Of a stretch of 64,000 nucleotides of DNA, positions 54,291 through 64,000 are shown one piece after another. Location: positions 160,001-224,000 of the forward strand of contig CAWJKZ010000012.1 of NCBI GenBank assembly GCA_963843575.1, in the 5' to 3' direction. The position numbers were made by a program, and so were the translations under genes. Position 1 is the stretch's first letter, and every line of letters begins with the position of its first letter. The notes beneath the pieces are model-generated. The model did no database searches and was not told where the DNA came from. It saw only the letters and a list, made by a program, of their open reading frames with translations. The DNA comes from an uncultured Acidobacteriota bacterium. GTDB taxonomy: Bacteria; Acidobacteriota; UBA6911.

Positions 54291-55718
54291 ATGAAACCCC
54301 AGTCCATCGAAGCCTGGAATCTCGCGGTGGTGCAGGCGCATTTTGACGCCGAGGCCGGCGGGAGCATCGACCCGGCTCTCGACCTGTACTCCGACGACGT
54401 GGTTTGGGAGGCGCCCGCGCGCAACCTGAGCCTGCGGGGGAAACGAGCGGCCGCCGAGAACTATCGCTCGATGTTCTCGTCGATGTCCGGCACCAGGTTC
54501 AAGTCCCTGCGCCGGTTCTGCGCCGCGGACAAGGTCGTCGACGAGGGGATGCTCAGCTTCCGCCTCACCGGTGACGGCGTCCCCGCCGCACCCCTGCCGG
54601 TCGGCGCCGACGTCTGCATGCGCGTCGTTCACATTTTCGACCTGCACGAGGGGCAGATCGCGCGCGAGTCGGTCATGGAGATGTGGCCCGTCGGCGAAGC
54701 CCGCGCCGCGGCGACCTCGCCCGGCCTCGAGCACATCATGCAGCTGGGGCTCGGATTCTGGGGCTCCAAGGTGCTGCTGAGCGCGGTAGAGCTGGGCGTT
54801 TTTTCCGAACTGGCCAAGAACCCCCTCAGGGGCGCCGTGCTGGCCGAGAGACTCGGCCTGCACACCCGCAGCGCCCGCGACTTCTTCGACGCGCTCGTCG
54901 CACTCGGGATGCTCGAGCGCCGCGGCGACCTCTACGAGAATACCCCCGACACCGGGTCCCTGCTCGACCGCGCGAGCCCGAGCTATGTCGGCGGGATGCT
55001 GGAAATGGCCAACGCGCGCCTCTACAGGTTCTGGGGGGCGCTGACCGAAGCCTTGCGCACGGGGCGGCCGCAGAACGAGGTGCTCGAGGGCGGCCGGTTC
55101 TTCGAGCAGCTCTACAGCGACCCGCTGCGCCTGAAGGGCTTCCTGCAGGGGATGACCGGCATCAGCATGGGAGCCGCCCACGCGATCGCCCGGAAGTTCC
55201 CGTGGAAACGCTACCGCAGCTACGTCGATGTCGGCGCAGCCCAGGGGGCCGTTCCCGTCCAGGTGTCGCTCGCCCACCCGCACCTCGCGGGCAGCGGGTT
55301 CGACCTTCCGGTCGTCCGCCCCATTTTCGAAGAATACGTCCGCTCATTCGGGCTCGCCGACCGCGTGCGCTTCCAGGAGGGCAATTTCTTCACCGACCCG
55401 CTCCCCGCCGCGGACGTGCTCGTCATGGGACACATCCTGCACGACTGGGACATGTCGGAGAAGCGCGCCCTGATCGCCAAGGCCTACCAGGCCCTTCCCC
55501 CCGGCGGCGCGCTGCTCGTCTACGAGGCCCTGATCGACGACCAGCGCCGGCAGAACGCCTTCGGGCTGCTCATGAGCCTGAACATGCTCATCGAAACCCC
55601 CGGCGGCTTCGACTACACGGGCGCCGACTGCTCGGCCTGGATGCGCGAAGCAGGCTTCCGCGAAACCAGGGTCGAGCACCTCAGCGGCCCCGACTCCATG
55701 GTCGTCGGCATCAAATAG
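54291..55718 (+). CDS. SnoaL/NTF2-like domain fused to a class II SAM-dependent O-methyltransferase
   Basis: GGGAGG RBS; [22 protein letters not shown]; then [34 protein letters not shown]. Confidence 0.88.
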   Translation: MKPQSIEAWNLAVVQAHFDAEAGGSIDPALDLYSDDVVWEAPARNLSLRGKRAAAENYRSMFSSMSGTRFKSLRRFCAADKVVDEGMLSFRLTGDGVPAAPLPVGADVCMRVVHIFDLHEGQIARESVMEMWPVGEARAAATSPGLEHIMQLGLGFWGSKVLLSAVELGVFSELAKNPLRGAVLAERLGLHTRSARDFFDALVALGMLERRGDLYENTPDTGSLLDRASPSYVGGMLEMANARLYRFWGALTEALRTGRPQNEVLEGGRFFEQLYSDPLRLKGFLQGMTGISMGAAHAIARKFPWKRYRSYVDVGAAQGAVPVQVSLAHPHLAGSGFDLPVVRPIFEEYVRSFGLADRVRFQEGNFFTDPLPAADVLVMGHILHDWDMSEKRALIAKAYQALPPGGALLVYEALIDDQRRQNAFGLLMSLNMLIETPGGFDYTGADCSAWMREAGFRETRVEHLSGPDSMVVGIK

Positions 55719-55820
55719 GGGACGGACCAGGATAAACCGTCTAGACCCAGACGACTTAAGGTGTTTTAGCCTCGAAAAAGCGCCCTTATTCGCGATTTTT
55801 GGTGCCATTTTTCTCGTTTA
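55718..55820. repeat. Half copy of family B element
   Basis: GGGGACGGACC overlaps the TAG stop; AT-rich GAAAAAG..CCTTATT interior. Confidence 0.65.
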
Positions 55821-55857
55821 AGCCGCCGCGTCGGGCTTTCGGGAGGGCCGAATCGAG

Positions 55858-56239
55858 TCAGGGCCTGATGGTCATCGTGTCGTCGATGGACAGGGTGGGA
55901 GCGCCCGGCAGCTGCGGGTCCGGCGTGGCCGTGATCAGAGAAACGCCGGGCGCCGTCAACAAGTTCCAGGGTGTAAGAGTATCCGCGCCGCGCCGCGCGA
56001 GGTACATTCGAGACAACCGCCGAATTCCGCAATTGTTCGAGCGTGCCGTAGCTGCCGTTCGCGGCCAGGTAGTAGCGCTCCGCCTGTGCAAGCGAAAGGA
56101 GATCGCTCCGGACGGCGGCGATATCGATCTGTGCTGCCGCGGGTTCTCGATTGCCGACGCGAACCATCTGCAGCGAGTAGATGCGGTAGCCGACAGCCAG
56201 CACCAGCACCAATCCCAGCAATCCGGTCACGATTCTCAC
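55858..56239 (-). CDS. Small pilin/pseudopilin-like protein (frameshift at about 55945)
   Basis: N-terminal TM helix, DLLSLAQAERYY..NGSYGTLEQL, GYSY, ITATP. Confidence 0.6.
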
Positions 56240-56296
56240 GGCATGCTCCTGTGGCGCGTCCCACATTTCTTTTCGACCGTTGTCAGGGATCGCTTA

Positions 56297-56543
56297 GTAC
56301 TCGTGTTCAGAAATACGCTAACGTTTCCAGGACGCAGATTTGCGCGGATACACGCGGATTTCTACCTGGTGGCAGGCCGCGCCCGGCATTCCTCCCCGAG
56401 GGCTGCCTTGGCACGCATCAAAGCCCGGCTCCCGCAGGATCCGCGTGAATCCGCAAAATCCGCGAAGATCCGCGTTCTGCTGTTGTCAATCGGTGACCAG
56501 CTCCATCCCAAGAATACGTTAGCGTATTTGCGAAATGTGGTAC
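56297..56543. mobile_element. MITE-like element, family D
   Basis: GTACTCGTGTTCAGAAATACGCTAACGT ... ACGTTAGCGTATTTGCGAAATGTGGTAC, flanked by TTA on both sides. Confidence 0.78.
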
Positions 56544-56733
56544 TTAGTCGCAAATCAGGCCGAATCCCGGAAATAACAGGACTTGTCCGGACGCAAACCG
56601 GGGTAAGCTACCGCCGTTGGGCGGCCTGCGCCCGGCATGATTCTGTCGCCTGGGGGTCAGACGTCTTTTCGGACGCGGATTGACGTGGAATTCCTGCTCT
56701 GCACCCGCTTTTCCTTTCCGTCCGGTGACGCGT

Positions 56734-58182
56734 ATGTTCTGCATACATTGCGGCGCTGAAAACCTCGACGGGGCGCGGTTTTGCGTCTCGTGCGGCCAGA
56801 ACGTGCAGGCGTCGAAGCCGGGCGGCAGGGCCGGCAGCAGCCCCACGCTCGACGCGGCCGAGACCGAAATGGGCCTGAGCGTCGGCCAGACCCTGGGCGG
56901 CCGTTTCGAGGTCCGGAGACTGGTGGGAGCGGGCGGCATGGGCCGCGTCTACCTGGCCAAAGACCACGTCCTGGAGCGACCGGTGGCGCTGAAGGTGTTG
57001 CGGGATTTGCTGAGCCGCGACACAGGTTCGGTGCGGCGTCTGGTTGAAGAGGCCAAGGCTGCAATCCGTCTGGCGCATCCCAACATCGTGAGGGTCGACG
57101 ACTATCACGACGCCGGCACCGTCAAGTTCCTGGCCATGGAATACGTCGACGGCCAGACACTCACCGACCGCATCGAGGCGGGTCTGGACGAGCAGGAGGC
57201 GCGCCGGATCGCCGTCGAAATCTGCAAGGGCCTGGAGCACGCGCACGCCAACAGGGTGATCCACCGGGACCTCAAACCGGGCAACATCCTGCTCGGGAGA
57301 GACGGCTCGGTCAAAATCGCCGATTTCGGCATCGCCCGCGTCGCCAGGGATTCGGTCTCGCGGCTGGGCTCGCAACAGGATTCCGGGACCCTGCTCTACA
57401 TGGCGCCCGAGCAGTTGCTGGGAAAAAGCAGCGAAGCAAGCGACATCTATTCGCTCGGGGTCGTTCTCTACGAGATGATCTCGGGCGATCCCCCTTTCAG
57501 TTCGGGCGACATCTCGTACCAGATACGCGAGGTCGCGCCCCAGCCGCCTCGGGGTGCCTCGGCTCCCCTCGCCGCCACGGTGCTGAAGTGCCTCCGCAAG
57601 AGCCCCGCGGAGCGTTTCGCCACCGTCCGGGAACTCCGGGAGGAGTTGGAGATGGCGACGGGCGTCAGACAGGCGGACGTCGCGGTGCAGATCGAACGTC
57701 TTCCGGAGCGGCGGCCCGACGTCGCTGGCCCACCGGTCTCGACGGCGCCCGGGAGCACGGCCGCGAGCGCCCCCGGAACATTTGTCGATCATGCATCGCA
57801 GCAGCATCGTGTGGGAAAGTGGCGCAGCGTCGGGAAGCACGCGCTGCTGGGCGCCGTCGGTTTTGGCGGCATCACGATCCCCGCGGCGCCCCTCATCTAC
57901 GAAGGTGCCCAGGACGAGATCCGTGTGGTCTTTTTCGTGTGCCCCGTGGTGGCAGGGCTCCTTGGGCCCATCCTTCTGAAGCTCAAACGCCCGACTGTCG
58001 TCGTGTTCGGCCTTGTCTCACTGGCTCTCGCCGTGATGCTGCAGTATCCCAACATCACGCGCGGGGATATAGAGGATGCGGTTCCGTTCCTGGTCTGCCT
58101 CTTTCTCGCCGGAGGAGCAGCGTTCGGCGCCTTCGTGGGATACAAGAGGCGCGGCGATGGCCTCGCGGCAGCCCCGAAGTAA
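56734..58182 (+). CDS. Hanks-type Ser/Thr protein kinase with N-terminal zinc ribbon and C-terminal TM helices
   Basis: CIHCG..FCVSCG, GAGGMGRV, VALK, HRDLKPGN, DFG, YMAPE, four hydrophobic segments. Confidence 0.95.
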   Translation: MFCIHCGAENLDGARFCVSCGQNVQASKPGGRAGSSPTLDAAETEMGLSVGQTLGGRFEVRRLVGAGGMGRVYLAKDHVLERPVALKVLRDLLSRDTGSVRRLVEEAKAAIRLAHPNIVRVDDYHDAGTVKFLAMEYVDGQTLTDRIEAGLDEQEARRIAVEICKGLEHAHANRVIHRDLKPGNILLGRDGSVKIADFGIARVARDSVSRLGSQQDSGTLLYMAPEQLLGKSSEASDIYSLGVVLYEMISGDPPFSSGDISYQIREVAPQPPRGASAPLAATVLKCLRKSPAERFATVRELREELEMATGVRQADVAVQIERLPERRPDVAGPPVSTAPGSTAASAPGTFVDHASQQHRVGKWRSVGKHALLGAVGFGGITIPAAPLIYEGAQDEIRVVFFVCPVVAGLLGPILLKLKRPTVVVFGLVSLALAVMLQYPNITRGDIEDAVPFLVCLFLAGGAAFGAFVGYKRRGDGLAAAPK

Positions 58183-58215
58183 CTGCTGCCGATTGAGGTA
58201 ACGGGGGTGTCTGGC

Positions 58216-58479
58216 ATGGCCAGGAACACCGGCAGGTTCAAGAACATAAAATTGGGCAAGAACATCCACCGCCAGATGAAGCGCCGCGGCCCGCCGCAGC
58301 CCTATCCCCGCAGGCAGGTCACGCCGCCCTGGCAGCCCGGCAATACCAGGGAGCCGGTGACGCCGCCGGACGTCCCGGAAATCGCTCCGCCGGACGAGCA
58401 GGTGACTGGAGAGGAAATCCCTGAGGTACCGTCCCCGCTCAACGGCGCGCCGGCTCGACCCGGCGGACCGTGCCGTTGA
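58216..58479 (+). CDS. Small hypothetical basic/Pro-rich protein
   Basis: Fills the gap between two genes, codons look gene-like, overlaps the GH95 3' end by 41 nt. Confidence 0.35.
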   Translation: MARNTGRFKNIKLGKNIHRQMKRRGPPQPYPRRQVTPPWQPGNTREPVTPPDVPEIAPPDEQVTGEEIPEVPSPLNGAPARPGGPCR

Positions 58480-60806
58480 CGCGCACCCGGACTGGGCGCG
58501 GTTGCGCCGATCGAATCCGGTACTCCGTCACCTTCCCGTCCGCCCACGCGAGATCCACCTCGAAGCCGCCCCGCGCGCGCAGGCCGCTGACGCGGCCGGC
58601 GGGCCAGTCCTTCGGCAACGCGGGCAGCAGGACGACCTCGCCGCCGTGACTCTGGAGGAGCATCTCGGCGATGCCGGAGGTGGCGCCGAAGTTGCCGTCG
58701 ATCTGGAACGGCGGGTGAGCATCGAACAGGTTCGGATACATGCCGCCGCCGCCCATCGTGTCCTGTCGCCCAGCGGGCTTGAGCAGGTTCTTGAGGATCC
58801 GCAGGCGTGATCGCCGTCGAGGAAGCGGGCCCAGAGGTTGATCTTCCAGCCCATGCTCCAGCCGGTCGCCGCGTCGCCGCGGTAGATCAGCGATTGACGC
58901 GCCGCGGCGAAGAGCTCCTGCGTCCCGCGGCGTGATTTCCGCGCCCGGATAAACGCCCCACAGGTGCGACACGTGGCGGTGAGTGTTCTTCGGGATCATC
59001 CTTGTCCTCGACCCATTCCTGGAGTTGGCCGTGCTTGCCGATCCGGTTCGGGGCGATCTGCCTGCGCGCGGCGTCGAGCTCGTCGGCCGAGGTCCGCGAT
59101 CCATCCCGAGGATGCGCGCCGCCTCGGCGGTGTTGGCAAAGAGGGCGCGGATGATCTGGTGGTCCATCGTCGGCCCCATCACGAGGCCACCCTGCTCCGG
59201 CGAATTCGACGGGCCGCTGATGAGCCAGCCGGTGATCGGGTCTTTGACGAGGTAATCCACGAAGAACAAGCGCCGCCTCTTTCATGACGGATAGGCCCGC
59301 GGGGCGAGGAACTCCTTGTCGCCGGTGAACAGGTAGTGCTCCCAAAGGTGCTGGCAGAGCCAGGCGCCGCCGCTCGGCCAGATGCCGTGGTTGCTGGCGT
59401 TGATGGGCGCGGTGCCGCGCCAGAGGTCGGTGTTGTGGTGCAACACCCAGCCGCGCGCGCCGTAGTGGGCCTGCGCGGTCTTCCGCCCGGTGACCGCGCA
59501 ATCCTCGATCATGTCGAACAGCGGCTCGGCGCATTCGGAGAGGTTCGCCACCTCGGCCGGCCAGTAGTTCATCTCGGTGTTGATGTTCACCGTCCACTTG
59601 CTGTCCCACGGCGGGTTGCAGCGAGTCGTTCCAGATGCCCTGCAGGTTGGCCGGCTGGCCGCCCGGGCGGCTGCTGGCGATGAGCAGGTAGCGGCCGTAC
59701 TGGAACGTCAGCGCGGCCAGATCCGGATCGTGGCCCGCCTGCGAAACCGCGGATGCGCTCGTCGGTCGGCAGCTTCGCGGCGTCCGTCGTGCCGAGGTCG
59801 AGCGACACGCGCCGGAACAGGCGCTGATGGTCCGCCACGTGCGCCTCGAGCAGCGCCTCGACATCCTTTTCCGGCGACGCCGTCGAGCGCAGCCGTCGCT
59901 ACGCGCCGCCGGATCCGCGCTGATGTCGGCATAGCTCTTGAAGCTCGTGGCCGCCGCCAGCACCAGCAGGGCGGAGTCGGCGTTCTCGACCGTCAGGGCC
60001 TCGTCCGTCGACGGTGACCTTGCCGCCCTCGGTCGCAATCTGGAGCGCGCGACTCGAACTTCAGCCCGCCGTCCTCGACCTGCCCGAACAAGCGAGAGTT
60101 GATCGCCTTGGCGGATCGCCGTCCGCGCGGAGTCTGTGCGGGCTGTCCAGTCTCGCGGTGAAGCTCACCCGTCCCGGTTTGTCCGCCGTGATGCGCCAGA
60201 CGATCACCTTGTCGGGGAACGTGGCGAAACAGTCGCGCGTGAACCCCGTGTCACCGCTGCGATAGCTCACGACGGCGACGGCGGAGTCGAGGTCGAGGGA
60301 CGCGGCGATAGCCCGTGACGCCCTCGCTTCCGGGGAAAAGACAGCCGCACATCCCCGAACGGCTGATACGCCTTCTGCCTGAGCGGCACGCTCATGAACT
60401 CCTTCATGGCGATGGGCCTCCGCCTCCTTCTGCCTGGCGCGCGCGGCGTCGCGCTTCGCATCGGCCTCCGGGCGCTTGCCCGACCTGCTCCAGCCGGGCC
60501 GACTCGATGTCGAGCGCGCGCCCCTCGTTGAGCAGGTCGCGCAACCGCGGAAGGAACTTCACCGCCCCCTCGTGTTGATACTCGTGCGGGCTGGCCGGTC
60601 CAGAGCGTGCTCTCGTTGAACTGAATGTGCTCGTTCGCGATGCCGCCGAAGATCATCGCACCCAGGCGGCCGTTGCCGATTGGCAGCGCTTCCACCCACT
60701 GGGTCGCGGGCTTGTCGTACCAGAGCTCCAGCCTCTCGGCCGCGTCGGCGTAGAGGCCCGCAGCGAAAGAGAGTTGCATCAACGTGGCAGCTGCGATTTT
60801 CTTCAT
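58439..60806 (-). CDS. GH95 alpha-L-fucosidase (multiple frameshifts)
   Basis: [71 protein letters not shown]. Confidence 0.93.
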
Positions 60807-60847
60807 GTGGTGTGAGCTCACCTCGAAGAACATCGAAGAGCGTAAGG

Positions 60848-62362
60848 TCATGCCATCAGGTGCGCGGTGCTCGTGTAAAGGTCGCGATAGGTCCGATAGC
60901 TCTTCTCGTAGCGTCGGCGCGCGCTCCAGTCGGGGCGGACCATCTGCGCCTCCTTGACCCAGCGGCGCGCCTCCGCCGTCCCTTCGAACAGGCCCACCCC
61001 GATCCCGGCCAGGAAGGCGTCGCCGTAGCTGGCACCGATCCGCTGCGCCGGGATGTGCTGCTCGATCCCGGCTATGTCGCTGACCATCTGCATCCACGGC
61101 AGGTTGCGGGAACCGCCCCCCACCGCCAGGATCCGCAGCGGCTCGGCACCGTCCTCGCGCATCTGCTCGATGTTGTGGCGGATGCCATAGCCCACCGATT
61201 CCAGCACGGCCCGGTAGACGTCGGCGCGCGTGTGGGTCAGCCCCAACCCGAAGAGCACGCCCTTGGCGTGAGGGTCGAGGAGAGGGGTGCGCTCGCCGGA
61301 GAAGTACGGCAGCAGCACCAGACCGTTGGCCCCCGCCGGGGAGGACGCAGCCAGGCGCGCGAGCGCGGCGTAGGCGTTGTCGCCCCCCGCCTGTTCGGCG
61401 CGCACTTCCTCCGGCGCAAATTGGTCGCGGAACCACCGCGTGATGCTGCCAGCCGTCGCCATGCCGCCGGTGAGCACGTAGCTCCCTTTTTCCAGGAAGG
61501 GCGCGCACCAGAAGTGAGGCGTGCGGACCAGCCGCGGAGTGCGCAGTATGAAAAAGGTGCTGCTGCCGTACATGAGCATCATGTCGCCGGAGTCGGCCAA
61601 CCCGGCGCTGATCGCCTCGGCGGCCGCGTCGGCGGTCCCCGTGATGACAGGGGTCCCTTCGGCTAGGCCGCTCAGTTGCGCCCCTTCCCCGGTGACCCGG
61701 CCGGCGATCTCGCAGGTCCAGGTCAGCCGCGGGAGCAGGCTCACCGGAGCCACGTACGCCGCGATTTCCGGGCGCCAGCAGCAGCCCTCCGCATCCAGGA
61801 ACGGCTCGAAGCAGGCGGCGTCGTAGACGTCCAGGGTCGCCTGCCCGGTCAGCCGGTACAGCAGGAACCCGGCGCCGCCGGTCAGGAGCTGCGTCCCGGC
61901 CCACACGTCCGGCTCGTGCCTGCGGATCCACAGCACCTTGGGCGCCGCCGACTGCGAGGAGAGCCGCACCCCCGACCCGCGCAGGGCCGGGTCCGCATCG
62001 ATCGCCTGCTGCAGCTCCGCGATCTCGCGGGTTGCACGCGTGTCGATGCCGTAGAGGATGGCCTTGCGCAGAGGGTGCCCCGCGGCGTCGATCGGCACGA
62101 CCGCGGGCGAGATGGCGCTCAGCCCCAGTCCCGCCACCTGCGTTGCCGGCACCCGGCTCGCCCGGAGCAGCGTGCGCGTGATCTGGAGGAAATCTCCCCA
62201 CCACGTTCTTTCCGCATCGTGCTCGGCCCAGCCTGCCTGGGGCATCTCGAGCGGGTGCTCGACGGTGCAGTCGGCGGCGACCTCGCCGTCCTCCCGCACC
62301 AGGACCCCCTTCGAAGAGTAAGTGCCGATGTCGATGCCGAGAAGATGCATGCCGGTGCTCAC
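60848..62362 (-). CDS. FGGY-family carbohydrate kinase
   Basis: LGIDIGTYSSK, TGTADAA, LPYFSGERTP, AVGGG, YGDAFLAG. Confidence 0.95.
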   Translation of the reverse strand: MSTGMHLLGIDIGTYSSKGVLVREDGEVAADCTVEHPLEMPQAGWAEHDAERTWWGDFLQITRTLLRASRVPATQVAGLGLSAISPAVVPIDAAGHPLRKAILYGIDTRATREIAELQQAIDADPALRGSGVRLSSQSAAPKVLWIRRHEPDVWAGTQLLTGGAGFLLYRLTGQATLDVYDAACFEPFLDAEGCCWRPEIAAYVAPVSLLPRLTWTCEIAGRVTGEGAQLSGLAEGTPVITGTADAAAEAISAGLADSGDMMLMYGSSTFFILRTPRLVRTPHFWCAPFLEKGSYVLTGGMATAGSITRWFRDQFAPEEVRAEQAGGDNAYAALARLAASSPAGANGLVLLPYFSGERTPLLDPHAKGVLFGLGLTHTRADVYRAVLESVGYGIRHNIEQMREDGAEPLRILAVGGGSRNLPWMQMVSDIAGIEQHIPAQRIGASYGDAFLAGIGVGLFEGTAEARRWVKEAQMVRPDWSARRRYEKSYRTYRDLYTSTAHLMA

Positions 62363-62390
62363 ACCCGTTCGGTTCCCCGGGAGATCCTGC

Positions 62391-63467
62391 CTACAGCAGG
62401 AAGACGCCGTCCTGCAGCACCGGGGTACCGTCGGCGAGCACGGTCCCTTCCCGGCGGATGTCCTTGACGATGTCCCAGTGGATGGCGGACTTGTTCGTCC
62501 CGCCGCATTCCGGGTAGGCTCGCCCCAGCGCGATGTGGACCGTGCCGCCGATCTTTTCGTCGATCAGGATGTCCTTGCAGAACCTCGTCACCCCGGGATT
62601 GGTTCCGAAGGCAAACTCGCCGATCAGTCTGGCGCCCGCATCGGTGTGGACGACCGCCTGGAGGAACTCCTGGTTGGTCGAGGAGCGCGCCTCGACGAGC
62701 CGCCCGTTTTCCCAGCGCAGGCGGATGTCGTGCACGAGACGCCCGCTCAGCACGCCGGGGATCTCGAAGGAGATGTGACCGTGGACGGATTCGGCGACCG
62801 GCGACGTAAGTATTTCGCCGTCGGGCATGTTGATGCGGCCGTCGGCCACCACCCACGCGCGCCCCGCGACCGGAAGCCGGAGATCGGTGTCGCGGCCCAG
62901 GATCCGGATCTCGCGCGTCCCGCCGAGCCGCTGCGCCCACCGCCGCCACCTGGCGCCCTCAGCCGGCCAGTCGATCAGGCAGGCGTCGAAGAACATGTCG
63001 GTGATGGTCTCCAGGTCCGTCTCGGCCTGGTGCGCCAGGTCGGCGTTCGGGACGCGGACCAGGCACCAGCGCGTCTTCTCCCAGCGCAGCGTGGAGACCT
63101 TGCCCATCGCCGCCTGGTTCATCGACAGCCGGTCGGCGGGAACGTCCCAGTGCTCGTCGAGGTTGTGCGCACCGCGCAGCCCGAGGTACACGTCGGCCCA
63201 CTCCATGCCGTAGGCCTCAATCTCGGGCACCCAGCGCAGTTGCTCTTCGCTGCCGTACCGGAGCAGGGCATGGCGCAGCGTCTCCGAGAGGAACTGCACC
63301 TGTGGGAATGCGCCCGCCTTGACACAGGCCTCGTAGACGGCCTGCACGAGCGGCAGGGTCTCCACCTCGACCATCGCGATCATCACGCGCTCGCCGGCCT
63401 TCACGGCCGCGGAGTAGTCGACCAGCAGCTCGCCGAGCTGTTTCCACCTCTTGTCGGTGTTCCACAT
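62391..63467 (-). CDS. M29-family aminopeptidase (AmpS/AmpT-like)
   Basis: NMPDGEILTSP, GEFAFGTN, DEKIGGTVHIALGRAY, NKSAIHWD. Confidence 0.9.
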   Translation of the reverse strand: MWNTDKRWKQLGELLVDYSAAVKAGERVMIAMVEVETLPLVQAVYEACVKAGAFPQVQFLSETLRHALLRYGSEEQLRWVPEIEAYGMEWADVYLGLRGAHNLDEHWDVPADRLSMNQAAMGKVSTLRWEKTRWCLVRVPNADLAHQAETDLETITDMFFDACLIDWPAEGARWRRWAQRLGGTREIRILGRDTDLRLPVAGRAWVVADGRINMPDGEILTSPVAESVHGHISFEIPGVLSGRLVHDIRLRWENGRLVEARSSTNQEFLQAVVHTDAGARLIGEFAFGTNPGVTRFCKDILIDEKIGGTVHIALGRAYPECGGTNKSAIHWDIVKDIRREGTVLADGTPVLQDGVFLL

Positions 63468-63501
63468 ACCCAGAAGTTGTTCGAGTCCCGGCCCGGGTCT
63501 G

Positions 63502-64000
63502 TCAACGACACTGCCGGGCAAGCTCCATGAACTCGCGCACGCGCCGGGCATCGACCTCGTTCCAGATGTACCCGTCGCGCTTGAACGTGGTGCCGGTCAC
63601 GGCGCCGTCCGCGATCGACAGCTGTTCCCGGATGTTCTCCGGGCGCACACCGGTGTTGGCCAGGACCGGGGTGTCCGGCACCGCCTGCTTCACCCTGCTC
63701 AGCGTGGCGGCGGACGAGGGGACGCCGGCGGTCAGCCCCGAGACGCAAAGCGCGTCGGGCCGGGCGTTGAAGACGGTGGAGCGCGCGATGTCGGCGACGT
63801 CCCGCTGCCCGAGGTAGACGGCCGCTTCGGGCACGATGTTGAACAGGAGCTTCACGTGCTCCGCGTGGATCGCATGCTGGTGCCGCACCACCGCCCCGCA
63901 GTCGGTGTTCCAGAGACCGAAATCGGAGCCGTAGACCCCCGTGAAGATCTCCCGCACGAACGCGGCCCCGGTGGCCATCGCGAGATCGATCGAGGCGGTC
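63502..64000 (-). CDS. BtpA/SgcQ-family TIM-barrel protein (5' part outside the window)
   Basis: FVREIFTGVYGSDFG, DALCVSGLTAG, ANTGV, ADGAVTGTTFKRDG, VDARRVREFM. Confidence 0.9.
   Translation of the reverse strand, partial: TASIDLAMATGAAFVREIFTGVYGSDFGLWNTDCGAVVRHQHAIHAEHVKLLFNIVPEAAVYLGQRDVADIARSTVFNARPDALCVSGLTAGVPSSAATLSRVKQAVPDTPVLANTGVRPENIREQLSIADGAVTGTTFKRDGYIWNEVDARRVREFMELARQCR

Noticed and set aside
58439-60806. Calling GH95 and other broken genes pseudogenes or programmed frameshifts
   Set aside because: Indels are scattered across unrelated genes with no shared slippery motif and intact catalytic motifs, so sequencing error is the simpler explanation.

Overview
GC-rich bacterial chromosomal segment, most likely Acidobacteriota (inferred from two ADOP-type ABC permeases and several secreted hypotheticals typical of the phylum). 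It is dominated by carbohydrate scavenging: GH42, GH20, GH95, a sulfatase, a YetA/PcRGLX-like lyase, DUF5107-TPR, three MFS transporters, nagB and an FGGY kinase. It also holds a paaK-ACT-aminotransferase-porin operon, an OmpR-family two-component system and a Ser/Thr kinase. About 17 genes carry small frameshifts that look like uncorrected long-read indels, so the ORF track misplaces many gene ends. Main observations: (1) an AhpD-family gene at 46902-47460 has a C-M-Y-TGA (CxxU) motif with a SECIS-like hairpin at +11, i.e. a probable selenoprotein; (2) two divergent secreted paralogs with a transglutaminase-like Cys-His-Asp triad lie near a DUF5107-TPR gene and a UroD/MtaA-like gene; (3) at least six families of short non-autonomous palindromic elements occur, one of which supplies the same C-terminus (GDGPR-stop) to two unrelated proteins; (4) a BtpA/SgcQ + M29 peptidase + sugar kinase + fucosidase cluster; (5) a SnoaL-O-methyltransferase fusion. 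I recognised no rRNA, tRNA, CRISPR array or transposase. All family assignments come from motif recognition by eye, not database searches.
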